DNA of 64,000 nt from an uncultured Bdellovibrionales bacterium (GCA_964384235.1 CAYLJX010000003.1:72389-136388); one strand, 5' to 3'; positions 55,106 through 64,000 are shown, counted from the first letter of the stretch. The notes: generated from the letters alone by a model not told the origin. Numbers and translations are program-made.

Positions 55106-56239
55106 CTAGTCCAATGGAATACGTTTGAAGTGCGTTTCGGCAATCGCAACGCCGACGTTTTTGATAGTCCCCGCGCTGTCGCCCTCTGTCACACGATACA
55201 TTGCGACTATCCCACCAGCGGCATATAGCCGGTCACTTCGCCAGATGCTAGTCGTCTTGAGGGAAGAACCGCCCTTGGAGAGCACTTTGAGCGTGAGAGA
55301 CCGCCCCGATGCCACCTTTAGGTGTTGATCAACAACTTCCCCCACAAGGACGGAAAGCAGCAGTGGCTTTTTCGTTGCAGCGTCGACAGTTGTGAGGCGG
55401 GTTGCAAAATCGTCCACTTGTTTGATGAGTGCGTCAGCCTTCTCCTTCTTGTTCTTGTCAGCGCTCGCGGCGACGAGCGCACTGCGACGCACGAGCAGCG
55501 CCTCGAGGTTCTTCCTAAAATCCGATGTAATCTTCCCAGAAATGATGCCATCCACGGTACCCGTCGGGTACAGAACTTTTGCTTTGAGCTTGAATACGAC
55601 ATAGTCAAACAGCAACTCGTCAGGAACCGCTGCGTCCCCGAACGCCAAACTCTTATCGGTCCGCACAATCTGAGTCAATTGTGCCGCTTGCATCAGAACT
55701 GCTCCTAGCGTGACAATTGGAAGAGGGCCCTCCGGTATAGCTTCTAGTTTGACTTTGCCCAATAGCGATTCCACCCCCCTTGCGGTGCGTTCGAGCGTCG
55801 CTTTCTCGTCCCAGTAAAGCAACAATGCCACTCGATCCGTGTCAGTCATCAGGACACATGTCGCTTCGCAGTCTTTCTCGACCGCTGTCGCAATTTGGGC
55901 CGCCACCTGCGCAAACGACTCTGCTGCTCGAGCACTGACGTGGAACTTGTCGCGCTCACTGGCTTCTATCGTGAGTGATCCTTTCTTGCCAAATCCGTCT
56001 GGCAGTGCCGGATACTCGTTCTTGATTAAGGAAGCCTGTGCTTCCAATAGGTCGCTCTCGGCCTTGATCAAGGCCTTCTTGTCATTTAGGTCGTCGATGG
56101 CTGCTTGATGCGGATTTACTTGGTCCGCTGCACTACTTGCCACCGGGAAGACAACGAAGAAGACTAGAAGAAGATTCTTCGGCCAGGTTTCCAATACCCA
56201 CCTTGCCCCAGTTGCAAACACAGTTGGACAGTTCTTCAT
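55106..56239 (-). CDS. Secreted hypothetical protein (377 aa)
   Basis: Signal peptide ..LLLVFFVVFPVASSAADQ; no recognised domain. Confidence 0.55.
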   Translation of the reverse strand: MKNCPTVFATGARWVLETWPKNLLLVFFVVFPVASSAADQVNPHQAAIDDLNDKKALIKAESDLLEAQASLIKNEYPALPDGFGKKGSLTIEASERDKFHVSARAAESFAQVAAQIATAVEKDCEATCVLMTDTDRVALLLYWDEKATLERTARGVESLLGKVKLEAIPEGPLPIVTLGAVLMQAAQLTQIVRTDKSLAFGDAAVPDELLFDYVVFKLKAKVLYPTGTVDGIISGKITSDFRKNLEALLVRRSALVAASADKNKKEKADALIKQVDDFATRLTTVDAATKKPLLLSVLVGEVVDQHLKVASGRSLTLKVLSKGGSSLKTTSIWRSDRLYAAGGIVAMYRVTEGDSAGTIKNVGVAIAETHFKRIPLD

Positions 56240-56607
56240 TTCTTCCGCCTCCCCAATTCGCGCGAAATGACACTATTGGTTGTGCCATTTTCTGCATAGG
56301 CGGCAATATCCCAGGCGTCAACCTGACGGCATGACAACCGTCGGCCTATGCCATGCGATCTATTGACGCCGGATGTACTCGAAGCGTATGAGACTTCGAT
56401 ACCTGCATGGGCACGCACCGAGCGTTCTCCGCAGCAGAGTTTCGCGACAGTGCCCGATGCTGTGCGCGTGGCGTGAAGGCGTTGGGTGAGGGCATGGGAG
56501 TACTGAGCGAGGGGTCGAAAGTCAATCCGCGGACGCCTGTTCTGTCAACGTCATGAAAAGAAAAGAGGGCGAGCAATGTCACTTTCTCGCCTCCTTGAGA
56601 TCCACTT

Positions 56608-57174
56608 TCACACCATCCCTCGCTCCGCCAGACTCACCACGTCCGTCCCCGCCACCACGAAGTGATCGAGGACCTTCACATCGACAAGTCCAAGCGCCTG
56701 CTTCAAGGCACTCGTCAGCAGCTCATCCGCCCGGCTCGGTTCGGAAACGCCAGAAGGATGGTTGTGGGCGAAGATGAGAGCGGCAGCGTTGTGCCGGAGG
56801 GCCCGCTTGACGATCTCCCTTGGATACACCGACGTCTGGCTCAAGGTGCCTCGGAAGAGTTCTTCCGAAGCGATGAGGCGGTTCTGGGCATCCAAGAAGA
56901 GCGTGAGGAACGACTCGTACTCCTGAGCAACGAAATATGCCAGGAGGTAGCGCTTCACGTGCTCCGGCGAGGTGAGGAGGATCTCCTCTCGCCGCAGGTC
57001 TTCGTAGAGGAGCCGCGTGACCAACTCCTTGGCGACCTGAAGTCGCCGCTGTGCGCTCGTCCTCGCTTCGCCCGCAAAGAGCGGCACGAGACTTCCCTGA
57101 TACAACTTCTCTGCCGCCTTCGCCCCTATGAGCCTCTCCAGCAACTCGCGGTCGCTGGCCTTCTGCATGTCCAT
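56608..57174 (-). CDS. radC: RadC-like JAB-domain protein
   Basis: N-terminal helix-hairpin-helix-like region and C-terminal ..[16 protein letters not shown].. JAMM motif. Confidence 0.85.
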   Translation of the reverse strand: MDMQKASDRELLERLIGAKAAEKLYQGSLVPLFAGEARTSAQRRLQVAKELVTRLLYEDLRREEILLTSPEHVKRYLLAYFVAQEYESFLTLFLDAQNRLIASEELFRGTLSQTSVYPREIVKRALRHNAAALIFAHNHPSGVSEPSRADELLTSALKQALGLVDVKVLDHFVVAGTDVVSLAERGMV

Positions 57175-57311
57175 GGCAATGGTCTCCTTCTAGAGTAAAG
57201 AACCAATTCCATCGTCATGCATGCGGCATCTCTCGCGTAGGCTTGGAAACGTGCCAAGCTGACACGTTCTCCCGTCTCCGCCCAGGAGCGTCTCTCCCCT
57301 ACCGTGGGAAG

Positions 57312-58505
57312 ATGGACTTCTCTCACGATATCGCGCTCTTCGCCCGGACCAATGCCAGGCGAAGCTTCCAGCCCTTCGGCCTCCGTCAGGCCGACCGCCT
57401 GTTTCACCTGTATGCCATAGGGAAGACGGGAACGGGCAAGTCGACCCTCCTCGAGACGCTCGCCCTTCAGGACATGCGCGCGGGCCGCGGATTGGCCGTC
57501 ATCGATCCCCATGGCGACTTGGTGCTACGCCTCAAGAAGGCGATGCCGCCCTCGCGCCGAGACGATCTGCTTTTCTTCGACGTCCCGGATGTCTCCCAAG
57601 CCTTCGGCTACAACCCGCTGCGCAAGGTGCGGCCCGACAAGATTCCCCTGGCCGCCTCGGGACTCCTGGAGGCCTTCAAGAAGCTCTGGACGGATGCCTG
57701 GGGCGTACGCATGGAGCATGTCCTGCGCAATGCTCTCTTCGCGCTCCTCGAATACGGAGAGGCGACCCTTCCGGACATCCTTCGCCTCATGACGGACAAC
57801 GCCTTCCGATACCGCGTGTCAGCGACGCTCACCAACGAACAGGTGAAGGCCTTCTGGCAGAACGAGTTCCCCAAGTACCACCCTCGCTACCGCCAGGAGA
57901 GCATCGCTCCCATCCAGAACAAGGTCGGCGCCTTCCTGGCCGATCCCAGGCTCTACCGGATCTTCACGGCTCCTCCCGTCGATCTGCGTTTCCGCAGAGT
58001 CATGGACGAGGGGAAGATCCTCCTCGTCAATCTCTCCAAGGGACAACTCGGCGAAGACAGCGCCTCGCTCCTCGGGGCTCTCCTCGTCACGACGCTCTCC
58101 TTGGCGGCCTTCTCCCGGGCGGATATGCCGGAAGCGGAGCGGAAGCCTTTCTTCATCTTCGTCGACGAATTTCAGTCGTTCACGACCCTTTCGGTGGCCG
58201 GGATGATCTCGGAATTGCGTAAGTACAACGTGGGGCTCGTCCTCGCCAACCAGCACCTCCACCAGCTCGAGCCCGATGTCCGGCACGCGGTCCTGGGGAA
58301 CGTGGGAACGCTCGTCGTCTTCCGGGTCGGCCCTGAGGATGCCCGCTTCCTCGCCCATGAGTTCGAGGGAAGCTTCTCGCCCTTCGACCTCATGAGCCTC
58401 GCCAACCATGACATCTACCTTCGCCTCATAATCGACGGGACTCCCAGCCCGCCCTTCAGCGCGACCACCATCAAGCCAGATGATCTTGATCGCTTGAGGA
58501 TGTGA
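57312..58505 (+). CDS. TrwB/TraD (type IV coupling protein)-like P-loop ATPase of the FtsK-HerA superfamily, soluble form
   Basis: Walker A YAIGKTGTGKSTLLETL followed by VIDPHGD (compare TrwB GATGTGKSVLL...VIVDPNGD); Walker B FFIFVDEFQSF; ..VGLVLANQHLHQL.. sensor; no N-terminal TMs. Confidence 0.75.
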   Translation: MDFSHDIALFARTNARRSFQPFGLRQADRLFHLYAIGKTGTGKSTLLETLALQDMRAGRGLAVIDPHGDLVLRLKKAMPPSRRDDLLFFDVPDVSQAFGYNPLRKVRPDKIPLAASGLLEAFKKLWTDAWGVRMEHVLRNALFALLEYGEATLPDILRLMTDNAFRYRVSATLTNEQVKAFWQNEFPKYHPRYRQESIAPIQNKVGAFLADPRLYRIFTAPPVDLRFRRVMDEGKILLVNLSKGQLGEDSASLLGALLVTTLSLAAFSRADMPEAERKPFFIFVDEFQSFTTLSVAGMISELRKYNVGLVLANQHLHQLEPDVRHAVLGNVGTLVVFRVGPEDARFLAHEFEGSFSPFDLMSLANHDIYLRLIIDGTPSPPFSATTIKPDDLDRLRM

Positions 58506-58551
58506 GGCGCATACTCTCATGCGCTTTCCATAGGTTTCAGAGGGGGGGGAC

Positions 58552-59064
58552 ATGGGACACGCCAAGCCGACGGAGATCTTGTCGCACTGGAACACCCGCG
58601 TCGACGGCATGCAGCAGTCGTCCCACGAGTTTTACGGAGCGGTCGAACGCACCCTCGATACGCATAGTCTCAAGGACTACAAGACAGAGCGCGTGAACAT
58701 CTCGGAAGGCGGCATCTTCTCCTCGAAGCGCGAGTACCTCCAGGTGCGCCGCGCCGACATCGTCTTCCACATCTGCGCTGCGCCGTATGGCAACGGCTTC
58801 TTCCTCTCCTGGTGGCTCGGACGGATCGAGTCGGGCTTCTGGGCCTGGATCTCCGACATTCCGGTGATCGGCATGCTCGCGCAGAATTTCTTGAAACCCC
58901 TCACCTACTACAAGCTCGACACCGCCGCGATGTTCCAAGGCGTGGTCCATTCCGTCGTCCTCGAAGTCCTCGACGGCCTGACGACGGAGAAGGGCATCCG
59001 GGCGCTGGCTGAGAGCGAACGGAGGCCCGTCATGCGCGACTTCTTCGCCCGCCTCGGAGGCTAA
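58552..59064 (+). CDS. Hypothetical protein (170 aa) between the two ATPases
   Basis: Protein-like ORF with one Trp-rich hydrophobic segment. Confidence 0.45.
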   Translation: MGHAKPTEILSHWNTRVDGMQQSSHEFYGAVERTLDTHSLKDYKTERVNISEGGIFSSKREYLQVRRADIVFHICAAPYGNGFFLSWWLGRIESGFWAWISDIPVIGMLAQNFLKPLTYYKLDTAAMFQGVVHSVVLEVLDGLTTEKGIRALAESERRPVMRDFFARLGG

Positions 59065-59079
59065 CGCCGGTCTCCGAGC

Positions 59080-62000
59080 ATGTCCGGCCTCTCGCCTGCG
59101 GAAATCATCACCACGAGCTTCTATGCGTGGGAGGTACGCGGGCGCGGGTGGCAGGTAGCGGACTATCCCGTCTGCCTTGAGCCGCCGTTTCGGCATTGCT
59201 TCGTCCTGCCCGATCTCGTCGCGGAAACGAAGCCGATCGATGACGGAAAACGGCCGACGTTCCTCAGTTCCGTGGTCGAGGGCCTGCGGAGCGCCTTCGC
59301 GCTCGACGCCACCCCTGCGCCCGAGCCCGCCCCACCGTACGAGGAACCAGCCCCCTATCCGGCACTTGCGTCCGGACCGCTCACCGCGTTTTGCGTGACG
59401 GTGCCGATGGATCACAAGAGCCATCCGGAAACGACAATCCGCCTTCTCGTCGCGCTGTCGACCTGCTGCTTCCCCGTGTCCCTCGAACTCATCGGCTGCG
59501 AAGGCCAGGTCATCATCCAACTGGTCTGCGCCGACACCGACCAGGCGCATGTGGCCGCGCAGTGCCTCGCCTACCTTCCCGACGCTGCGGTCATCGAAAC
59601 CGAGGACCTCCTTGCGAGCGTCTGGGATCGACGGCGGGAGCACGCCGTCGTCGATTTCGGGCTCTCTCAGGAATTCTTTCTGCCGTTTGATGGACTGAAG
59701 AGCCAGAAGCTCGACCCGTACCTCTCCCTTGTTCCCTCCCTCGCCAGGGCGGATCGAGACGAGGCGATCCTCCTACAGGTCCTCTTCCAAGGCGTCCAGA
59801 ATCCGTGGGGCAAGGCTATCCGCGACGCCCTCGATGATGGCCAGGGCGGTTCTGTGTTCGCGGACGCCCCAGCATTTCCCCGGCTGGCCGATGAGAAGCT
59901 GAAGACCTCCCTCTTTGCCGTCTCGGTCCGTGTCGCCGCACAGGCACAGGAGGCGGAACGAGCGTGGCACTTGGCCCGTTCGACCGGCGCCTTTTTCCTC
60001 CAATTGGGCCGACCCGGAGCCAATGAACTCCTCCCGCTTGAGAACGACGGCTACCGAGAGGATCTTCATGTCGAAGCCATCCTCACGCGGCAGTCGTACC
60101 GCCTTGGGATGATCCTCTCGGCCGACGAGTTGGCGGCGCTCGCCCATCTTCCCGATGCCGCGGTCCGTCATCCGTCCCTCACGCGGGAGGAGCGGCGGAC
60201 GAAGCCTCTTCCCGTCGAAGCCTCCGGACATCCCCATGTCCTCGGCGAAAACCAGCACCGCGGGAAGATGTCCGTCGCGTCGCTCAGTGATGGGCAGCGG
60301 CTCCAGCACACCTGGATAGTCGGCGCCTCCGGGACGGGAAAGTCGACGCTTCTCCTGAACCTCATCACTGAGGACATTCGGCTCGGTCATGGTGTCGCGG
60401 TGCTGGATCCGCACGGCGACCTGATCGACGACATCTTGGCGCGGGTGCCAGACAGCCGCACGAGCGATGTCATCGTCTTCGACCCGAGCGATACTGAGTG
60501 GCCCATCGGATTCAATATCTTCTCAGCCGGAAGCGAGGGCGAGCGGGCGCTCTTGGCTGCCGATCTCGTCGGGATCTTCCGGCGGTTCTCGACATCTTGG
60601 GGCGACACCATGAGCGCGGTGCTCGGGAACGCGGTCCTCGCGATCCTCGAGCACCCGCAGGGTGGGACGCTGCTCGACCTCAGGCGGCTCCTCGTCGATG
60701 AGCGCTTCCGCCGCGCGTACCTGGAGGACGTGGCGGACGAGGAGGTCGCCTTCTTCTGGTCGCGCGAGTACCCCGTGATCGGCTCACGTTCGATCGGCCC
60801 GATCCTGACCCGGCTTGACACCTTCCTGCGGCCCAAGGTCATTCGGCATATCGTCGGACAGCCGGATGGGAAGCTCCATTTCTCCGACGTCATGGCGTCG
60901 AAGCGCATCTTTCTCGCGAAGCTCTCCCATGGCCTCATCGGCGAGGAGAATGCCTACCTCCTCGGCAGCCTCATCGTGGGAAAGTTTCTCGGACTCGCGC
61001 TCGCGCGGCAGCAGCTCGCGAAGGATGAACGCGCCGCCTTCTTCCTGTATGCCGACGAGTTTCAGCACTTCCTCACGCCCTCCATGGAAACGCTGCTCAC
61101 GGCGGCGCGAAAGTACGCGCTTGGGGCAACGCTCGCCCATCAGACGATGGCGCAGCTCCGGGACTCGCCCAAGGTGGAAGGCGCGCTTCTCGGCAACGCC
61201 TACACGCGCATCGTCTTCCGAACCGGGGAAAGCGATGCGCGGCAGCTGGCCGAGGGGTTTTCCTTCTTTGAGGGGCGCGACATCCACGGTCTGGGACGGG
61301 GCGAGGCGATCGCCCGGCTCGGATCGAGCGGAAATGACTTCAACCTGAAAACGCTGCCGCTCCCCGGCGTGCCGCCTGGGGCGGAGGAGCGGCGCTCCCA
61401 GATCATCTTCCGCTCGCGCGAGCGCTACGGGACGCCGATCGAAGCGCTGCGGGCGCTCCTCGGGGCACGGTACAGAGCAAGCGAGGAACCGGCCGAAGCG
61501 AAGCCGAGGCCGCCGCTCGAGGAGGCACCGCCCGCGCTCTCGGGTGCGGGAGAGCCGATCGCCGCTTCCTGTGAGACACCACGGGCAAGCGTTCCGGAAC
61601 CAAAGACCGGTGAGCAACTGATGGCGCGCCGGGTACCGATCAATGTCGCAGCGGTCACCCCGGGACGGGGCGGGCAGGAGCACAAATACCTCCAGCACCT
61701 CGTGAAACGCTTGGCCGAAGAGCGCGGTTTCCGCGCCACGATTGAAGAGGCCGCGGGAGATGGCCGGGCAGACGTGGTACTGAGCAAGAGTACGCAGCGA
61801 ATCGCCTGCGAGATCTCAGTGACGACGGACCATATCCACGAGGAAGAGAACTTGAGGAAGTGCCTCGCGGCCGGATTCGAACAGATCGTCTTTGTCGTAC
61901 CCGACCGGAAACGAAGGGAGAAACTGAAAGGACATTTTCAGGAGATTGCCGGAATCGACTCGTTGGCGGTGATATCGACGGAGGAGATCGTCGCGTACCT

Positions 62001-62160
62001 CGACGGGCTGGATACCGGATCGGCCGTGGCCGAATCGACCGTGCGAGGCTACAAGGTGAAAGTCACGCGGCAGACGGTCTCGCCAGAGGAGCTGGCCGGA
62101 AGGCGCTCGGCCATCGCCGAGGTGATCGCCCGGTCGCTCCTCAAACACAAGGACGTTTGA
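59080..62160 (+). CDS. Large TrwB/HerA-like ATPase fused to an unknown N-terminal domain and a C-terminal Hjc/restriction-endonuclease-like (PD-(D/E)xK fold) domain
   Basis: Walker A WIVGASGTGKSTLLLNL..VLDPHGD, Walker B FFLYADEFQHF, paralogous to 57312..58505; the C-terminus ..LVKRLAEERGFRATIE..GDGRADVVL..RIACEISVT resembles the Hjc ..KGFAVVR..PDIIA..IEVKS pattern. Confidence 0.75.
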   Translation: MSGLSPAEIITTSFYAWEVRGRGWQVADYPVCLEPPFRHCFVLPDLVAETKPIDDGKRPTFLSSVVEGLRSAFALDATPAPEPAPPYEEPAPYPALASGPLTAFCVTVPMDHKSHPETTIRLLVALSTCCFPVSLELIGCEGQVIIQLVCADTDQAHVAAQCLAYLPDAAVIETEDLLASVWDRRREHAVVDFGLSQEFFLPFDGLKSQKLDPYLSLVPSLARADRDEAILLQVLFQGVQNPWGKAIRDALDDGQGGSVFADAPAFPRLADEKLKTSLFAVSVRVAAQAQEAERAWHLARSTGAFFLQLGRPGANELLPLENDGYREDLHVEAILTRQSYRLGMILSADELAALAHLPDAAVRHPSLTREERRTKPLPVEASGHPHVLGENQHRGKMSVASLSDGQRLQHTWIVGASGTGKSTLLLNLITEDIRLGHGVAVLDPHGDLIDDILARVPDSRTSDVIVFDPSDTEWPIGFNIFSAGSEGERALLAADLVGIFRRFSTSWGDTMSAVLGNAVLAILEHPQGGTLLDLRRLLVDERFRRAYLEDVADEEVAFFWSREYPVIGSRSIGPILTRLDTFLRPKVIRHIVGQPDGKLHFSDVMASKRIFLAKLSHGLIGEENAYLLGSLIVGKFLGLALARQQLAKDERAAFFLYADEFQHFLTPSMETLLTAARKYALGATLAHQTMAQLRDSPKVEGALLGNAYTRIVFRTGESDARQLAEGFSFFEGRDIHGLGRGEAIARLGSSGNDFNLKTLPLPGVPPGAEERRSQIIFRSRERYGTPIEALRALLGARYRASEEPAEAKPRPPLEEAPPALSGAGEPIAASCETPRASVPEPKTGEQLMARRVPINVAAVTPGRGGQEHKYLQHLVKRLAEERGFRATIEEAAGDGRADVVLSKSTQRIACEISVTTDHIHEEENLRKCLAAGFEQIVFVVPDRKRREKLKGHFQEIAGIDSLAVISTEEIVAYLDGLDTGSAVAESTVRGYKVKVTRQTVSPEELAGRRSAIAEVIARSLLKHKDV

Positions 62161-62571
62161 TAGCGACTCGCGGATCGGACGGCTGGCAAAGAAGTTTCAT
62201 TGAAGATCCTTTCTCTCGCATTGACGGGCACTGCGTCTTTGGCAGGACGGGCAGTGGCCAATGTCTTGGCCGCCATTGCCGCTCAGATCCATCAAGCAGA
62301 ACGGCACAGTCCCGCCTCGAGGAGCTATGTGCGTGATCTTTCGGTACTACAACGAAGGATCCGTTACCTCCACGTTGGCGCCGCTTGCTGCCAGCACTGC
62401 CCAAGAAGCGTGAATCCCATGGCAGGCGACAACGGTCCGTCAAGTTCGAAAGCATTTTTTATAGACCACGATCGTTTCCTGTTCAATAGATCGAATGCCA
62501 GATACCACAAGGCATGCGAGAGCCATATGCTGTTCGTCCAACAGCCTCGGCGTTCATTGGAAGGTCCGCCC

Positions 62572-63420
62572 ATGCCGCAAGCCATCGTCCTTACGCCGTC
62601 GCAACTGGAAAATCCCGACCTCGGGCAACCGCATCGGTGGGAGTTCTTCGACCGACATTACCTGGCCGAAGGAGATTCGTGGTTCACTTTGGCAGCGCTC
62701 CCCGGCGGAAACCTTCTCCAGGAGCTGCATCTACAGCGATCGTCACTGGTTATCAATACCGCCTCCCCGGGAGACACGCTCTCCCATATCGTCGAATGGC
62801 GCCAAAACCGCCCGTTTGTAAAGCTACTGTCCGAACGCAAGTTTGCACAAAAATGGGATGGGGTGCTCCTGAGCGCGGGCGGCAATGACCTCATTGATGC
62901 CGCAATTTCTCGAGACGGCATCCTCCGCCGTCCGAGCCCGACGGCAACCACCGCAGGTGAGTGCATTCACGATGAGAATCTTGAATTATTGAAACGCCAT
63001 CTGTCGTTCCATCTTGAACAGATCATAGAACTCCGCGACGCTCGGAAGAGCCCCAACCAGGGCATACCGGTCTTTCTCCACACGTACGACTATCCCACTG
63101 CGAGGCCGGCGCCCGCGAAGCTCGTTGGCGTGGTAGGCGTTTCCGGACCGTGGCTGCATCGCGCGTACACAGAACACCATATCCCCGATGCATTATGGTC
63201 ACCTTTGACAGAGCATCTGATCGACTGGCTGGCCAGATTGCTTCAGGAACTGAAGCTTCCAAATGTAACCGTTATCGATACGAGAGGGACACTCGAGCGA
63301 GCTGCTGCGGGAACAACTGGAGACAGCGGTGACTGGCTCAACGAGATCCATGCGAATCAAGGCGGCCGGAAGAAGCTTGCGAAACGGTGGGCGCAGGACT
63401 TGCATCGCATTGTCGGATAG
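62572..63420 (+). CDS. GDSW-motif SGNH-hydrolase-like protein, paralog 2
   Basis: YLAEGDSWFT, SAGGNDL, HTYDYP, GPWL, WLNEIHAN, parallel to paralog 1; start taken at MPQAIV with a GGAAGG Shine-Dalgarno. Confidence 0.65.
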   Translation: MPQAIVLTPSQLENPDLGQPHRWEFFDRHYLAEGDSWFTLAALPGGNLLQELHLQRSSLVINTASPGDTLSHIVEWRQNRPFVKLLSERKFAQKWDGVLLSAGGNDLIDAAISRDGILRRPSPTATTAGECIHDENLELLKRHLSFHLEQIIELRDARKSPNQGIPVFLHTYDYPTARPAPAKLVGVVGVSGPWLHRAYTEHHIPDALWSPLTEHLIDWLARLLQELKLPNVTVIDTRGTLERAAAGTTGDSGDWLNEIHANQGGRKKLAKRWAQDLHRIVG

Positions 63421-63462
63421 AAGCAGCCTTTCGGGGCGAATCGACACGCGTGCGATTAGAGG

Positions 63463-63945
63463 TTGGAAGAGGAAGTCGATATGACAGAAGACGATCACAA
63501 ACGCGAGCGTGAATCGTTTGCGGCCATCATCGAGAGTCTTGAGAAATCAGTGAGGGCACACCGTACAGGCATAGATGGCTGGCTGTACAACGGCGGGACC
63601 GTCGTTACCCTGGTCTTGATGGCGACCGTCTCGATTCTGTCCGGGAAAATCTTCCCGACGGACACGTTTGCAGAATGGATGGCACCAATGCTTTCGGCGA
63701 CGGCGGGCCTGGTCGTCGCGCTCGAACGGTCATTGGGATTTGGGCAACGTTGGCGGTTTCACACCGAGATGAAAGCAGGCTATGTCACTGTGATTGACAT
63801 GATCCAGTTCTACTTTGCGCTTCCTCAGGATGAGCTAGAACAACGTGCCAAGCTCCGTGTGGAAATTTGGCAGTCATTGAACGCATTGCGCAGTCGTGAA
63901 TCGGCTATACCCAACTCCGGTGGAGCCGTATCCGGTGGAGCCTGA
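63463..63945 (+). CDS. Small 2-TM protein with SLATT/DUF4231-like architecture
   Basis: N-terminal helix, TM hairpin (VVTLVLMATVSILSG / MLSATAGLVVALE), then ..FGQRWRFHTEMKAGY.. helix typical of SLATT effectors; inference only. Confidence 0.4.
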   Translation: MEEEVDMTEDDHKRERESFAAIIESLEKSVRAHRTGIDGWLYNGGTVVTLVLMATVSILSGKIFPTDTFAEWMAPMLSATAGLVVALERSLGFGQRWRFHTEMKAGYVTVIDMIQFYFALPQDELEQRAKLRVEIWQSLNALRSRESAIPNSGGAVSGGA

Positions 63946-64000
63946 TCTCTTGACCCAGAACAACGCACCTCAAAGCGGTTCGTGGAACTGCATGCGTTGG

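Overview
This 64-kb window reads as a high-GC, gene-dense bacterial chromosome segment, transcribed mostly from the minus strand. The housekeeping content and the small rpoB/rpoC look like a reduced-genome lineage, plausibly CPR/Patescibacteria; that placement is inference. The first ~50 kb is conserved core machinery. It includes a str operon (rpsL-rpsG-fusA, then tuf) interrupted by an inserted membrane-protein gene and an unusual GTTAAC-repeat spacer. Also present are rpmB, tRNA-Pro(GGG), ndk, a split comEC, nrdR, ftsA-ftsZ, dgkA, ybeY, yqeY, rpsU, a HIT protein, hisS, lepB, an LCP-family protein, pth, rplY, gyrB, efp, rpsF-ssb-rpsR, recA, a rodZ-like gene, ftsK and rpoB-rpoC, plus several secreted cell-wall enzymes. 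Between these genes sit at least five families of repeated intergenic sequence elements. Two of them (here called E and D) show compensatory base changes in stems between copies, which argues for structured RNAs. The last ~13 kb (about 50.7-63.9 kb) is a distinct accessory island with no conserved housekeeping genes. It holds two paralogous TrwB/TraD/HerA-like P-loop ATPases, one of them fused to a C-terminal Hjc/restriction-endonuclease-like domain. Each ATPase arm carries a paralogous GDSW/SGNH-hydrolase-like gene followed by a small 2-TM (SLATT-like) protein. The island also encodes a RadC/JAB protein, a secreted trypsin-like protease and several unknown proteins. I interpret it as a candidate undescribed ATPase + nuclease + hydrolase + membrane-effector conflict (defence) system or the remnant of an integrative element. 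All functional calls rest on motif recognition by eye and no searches were run.
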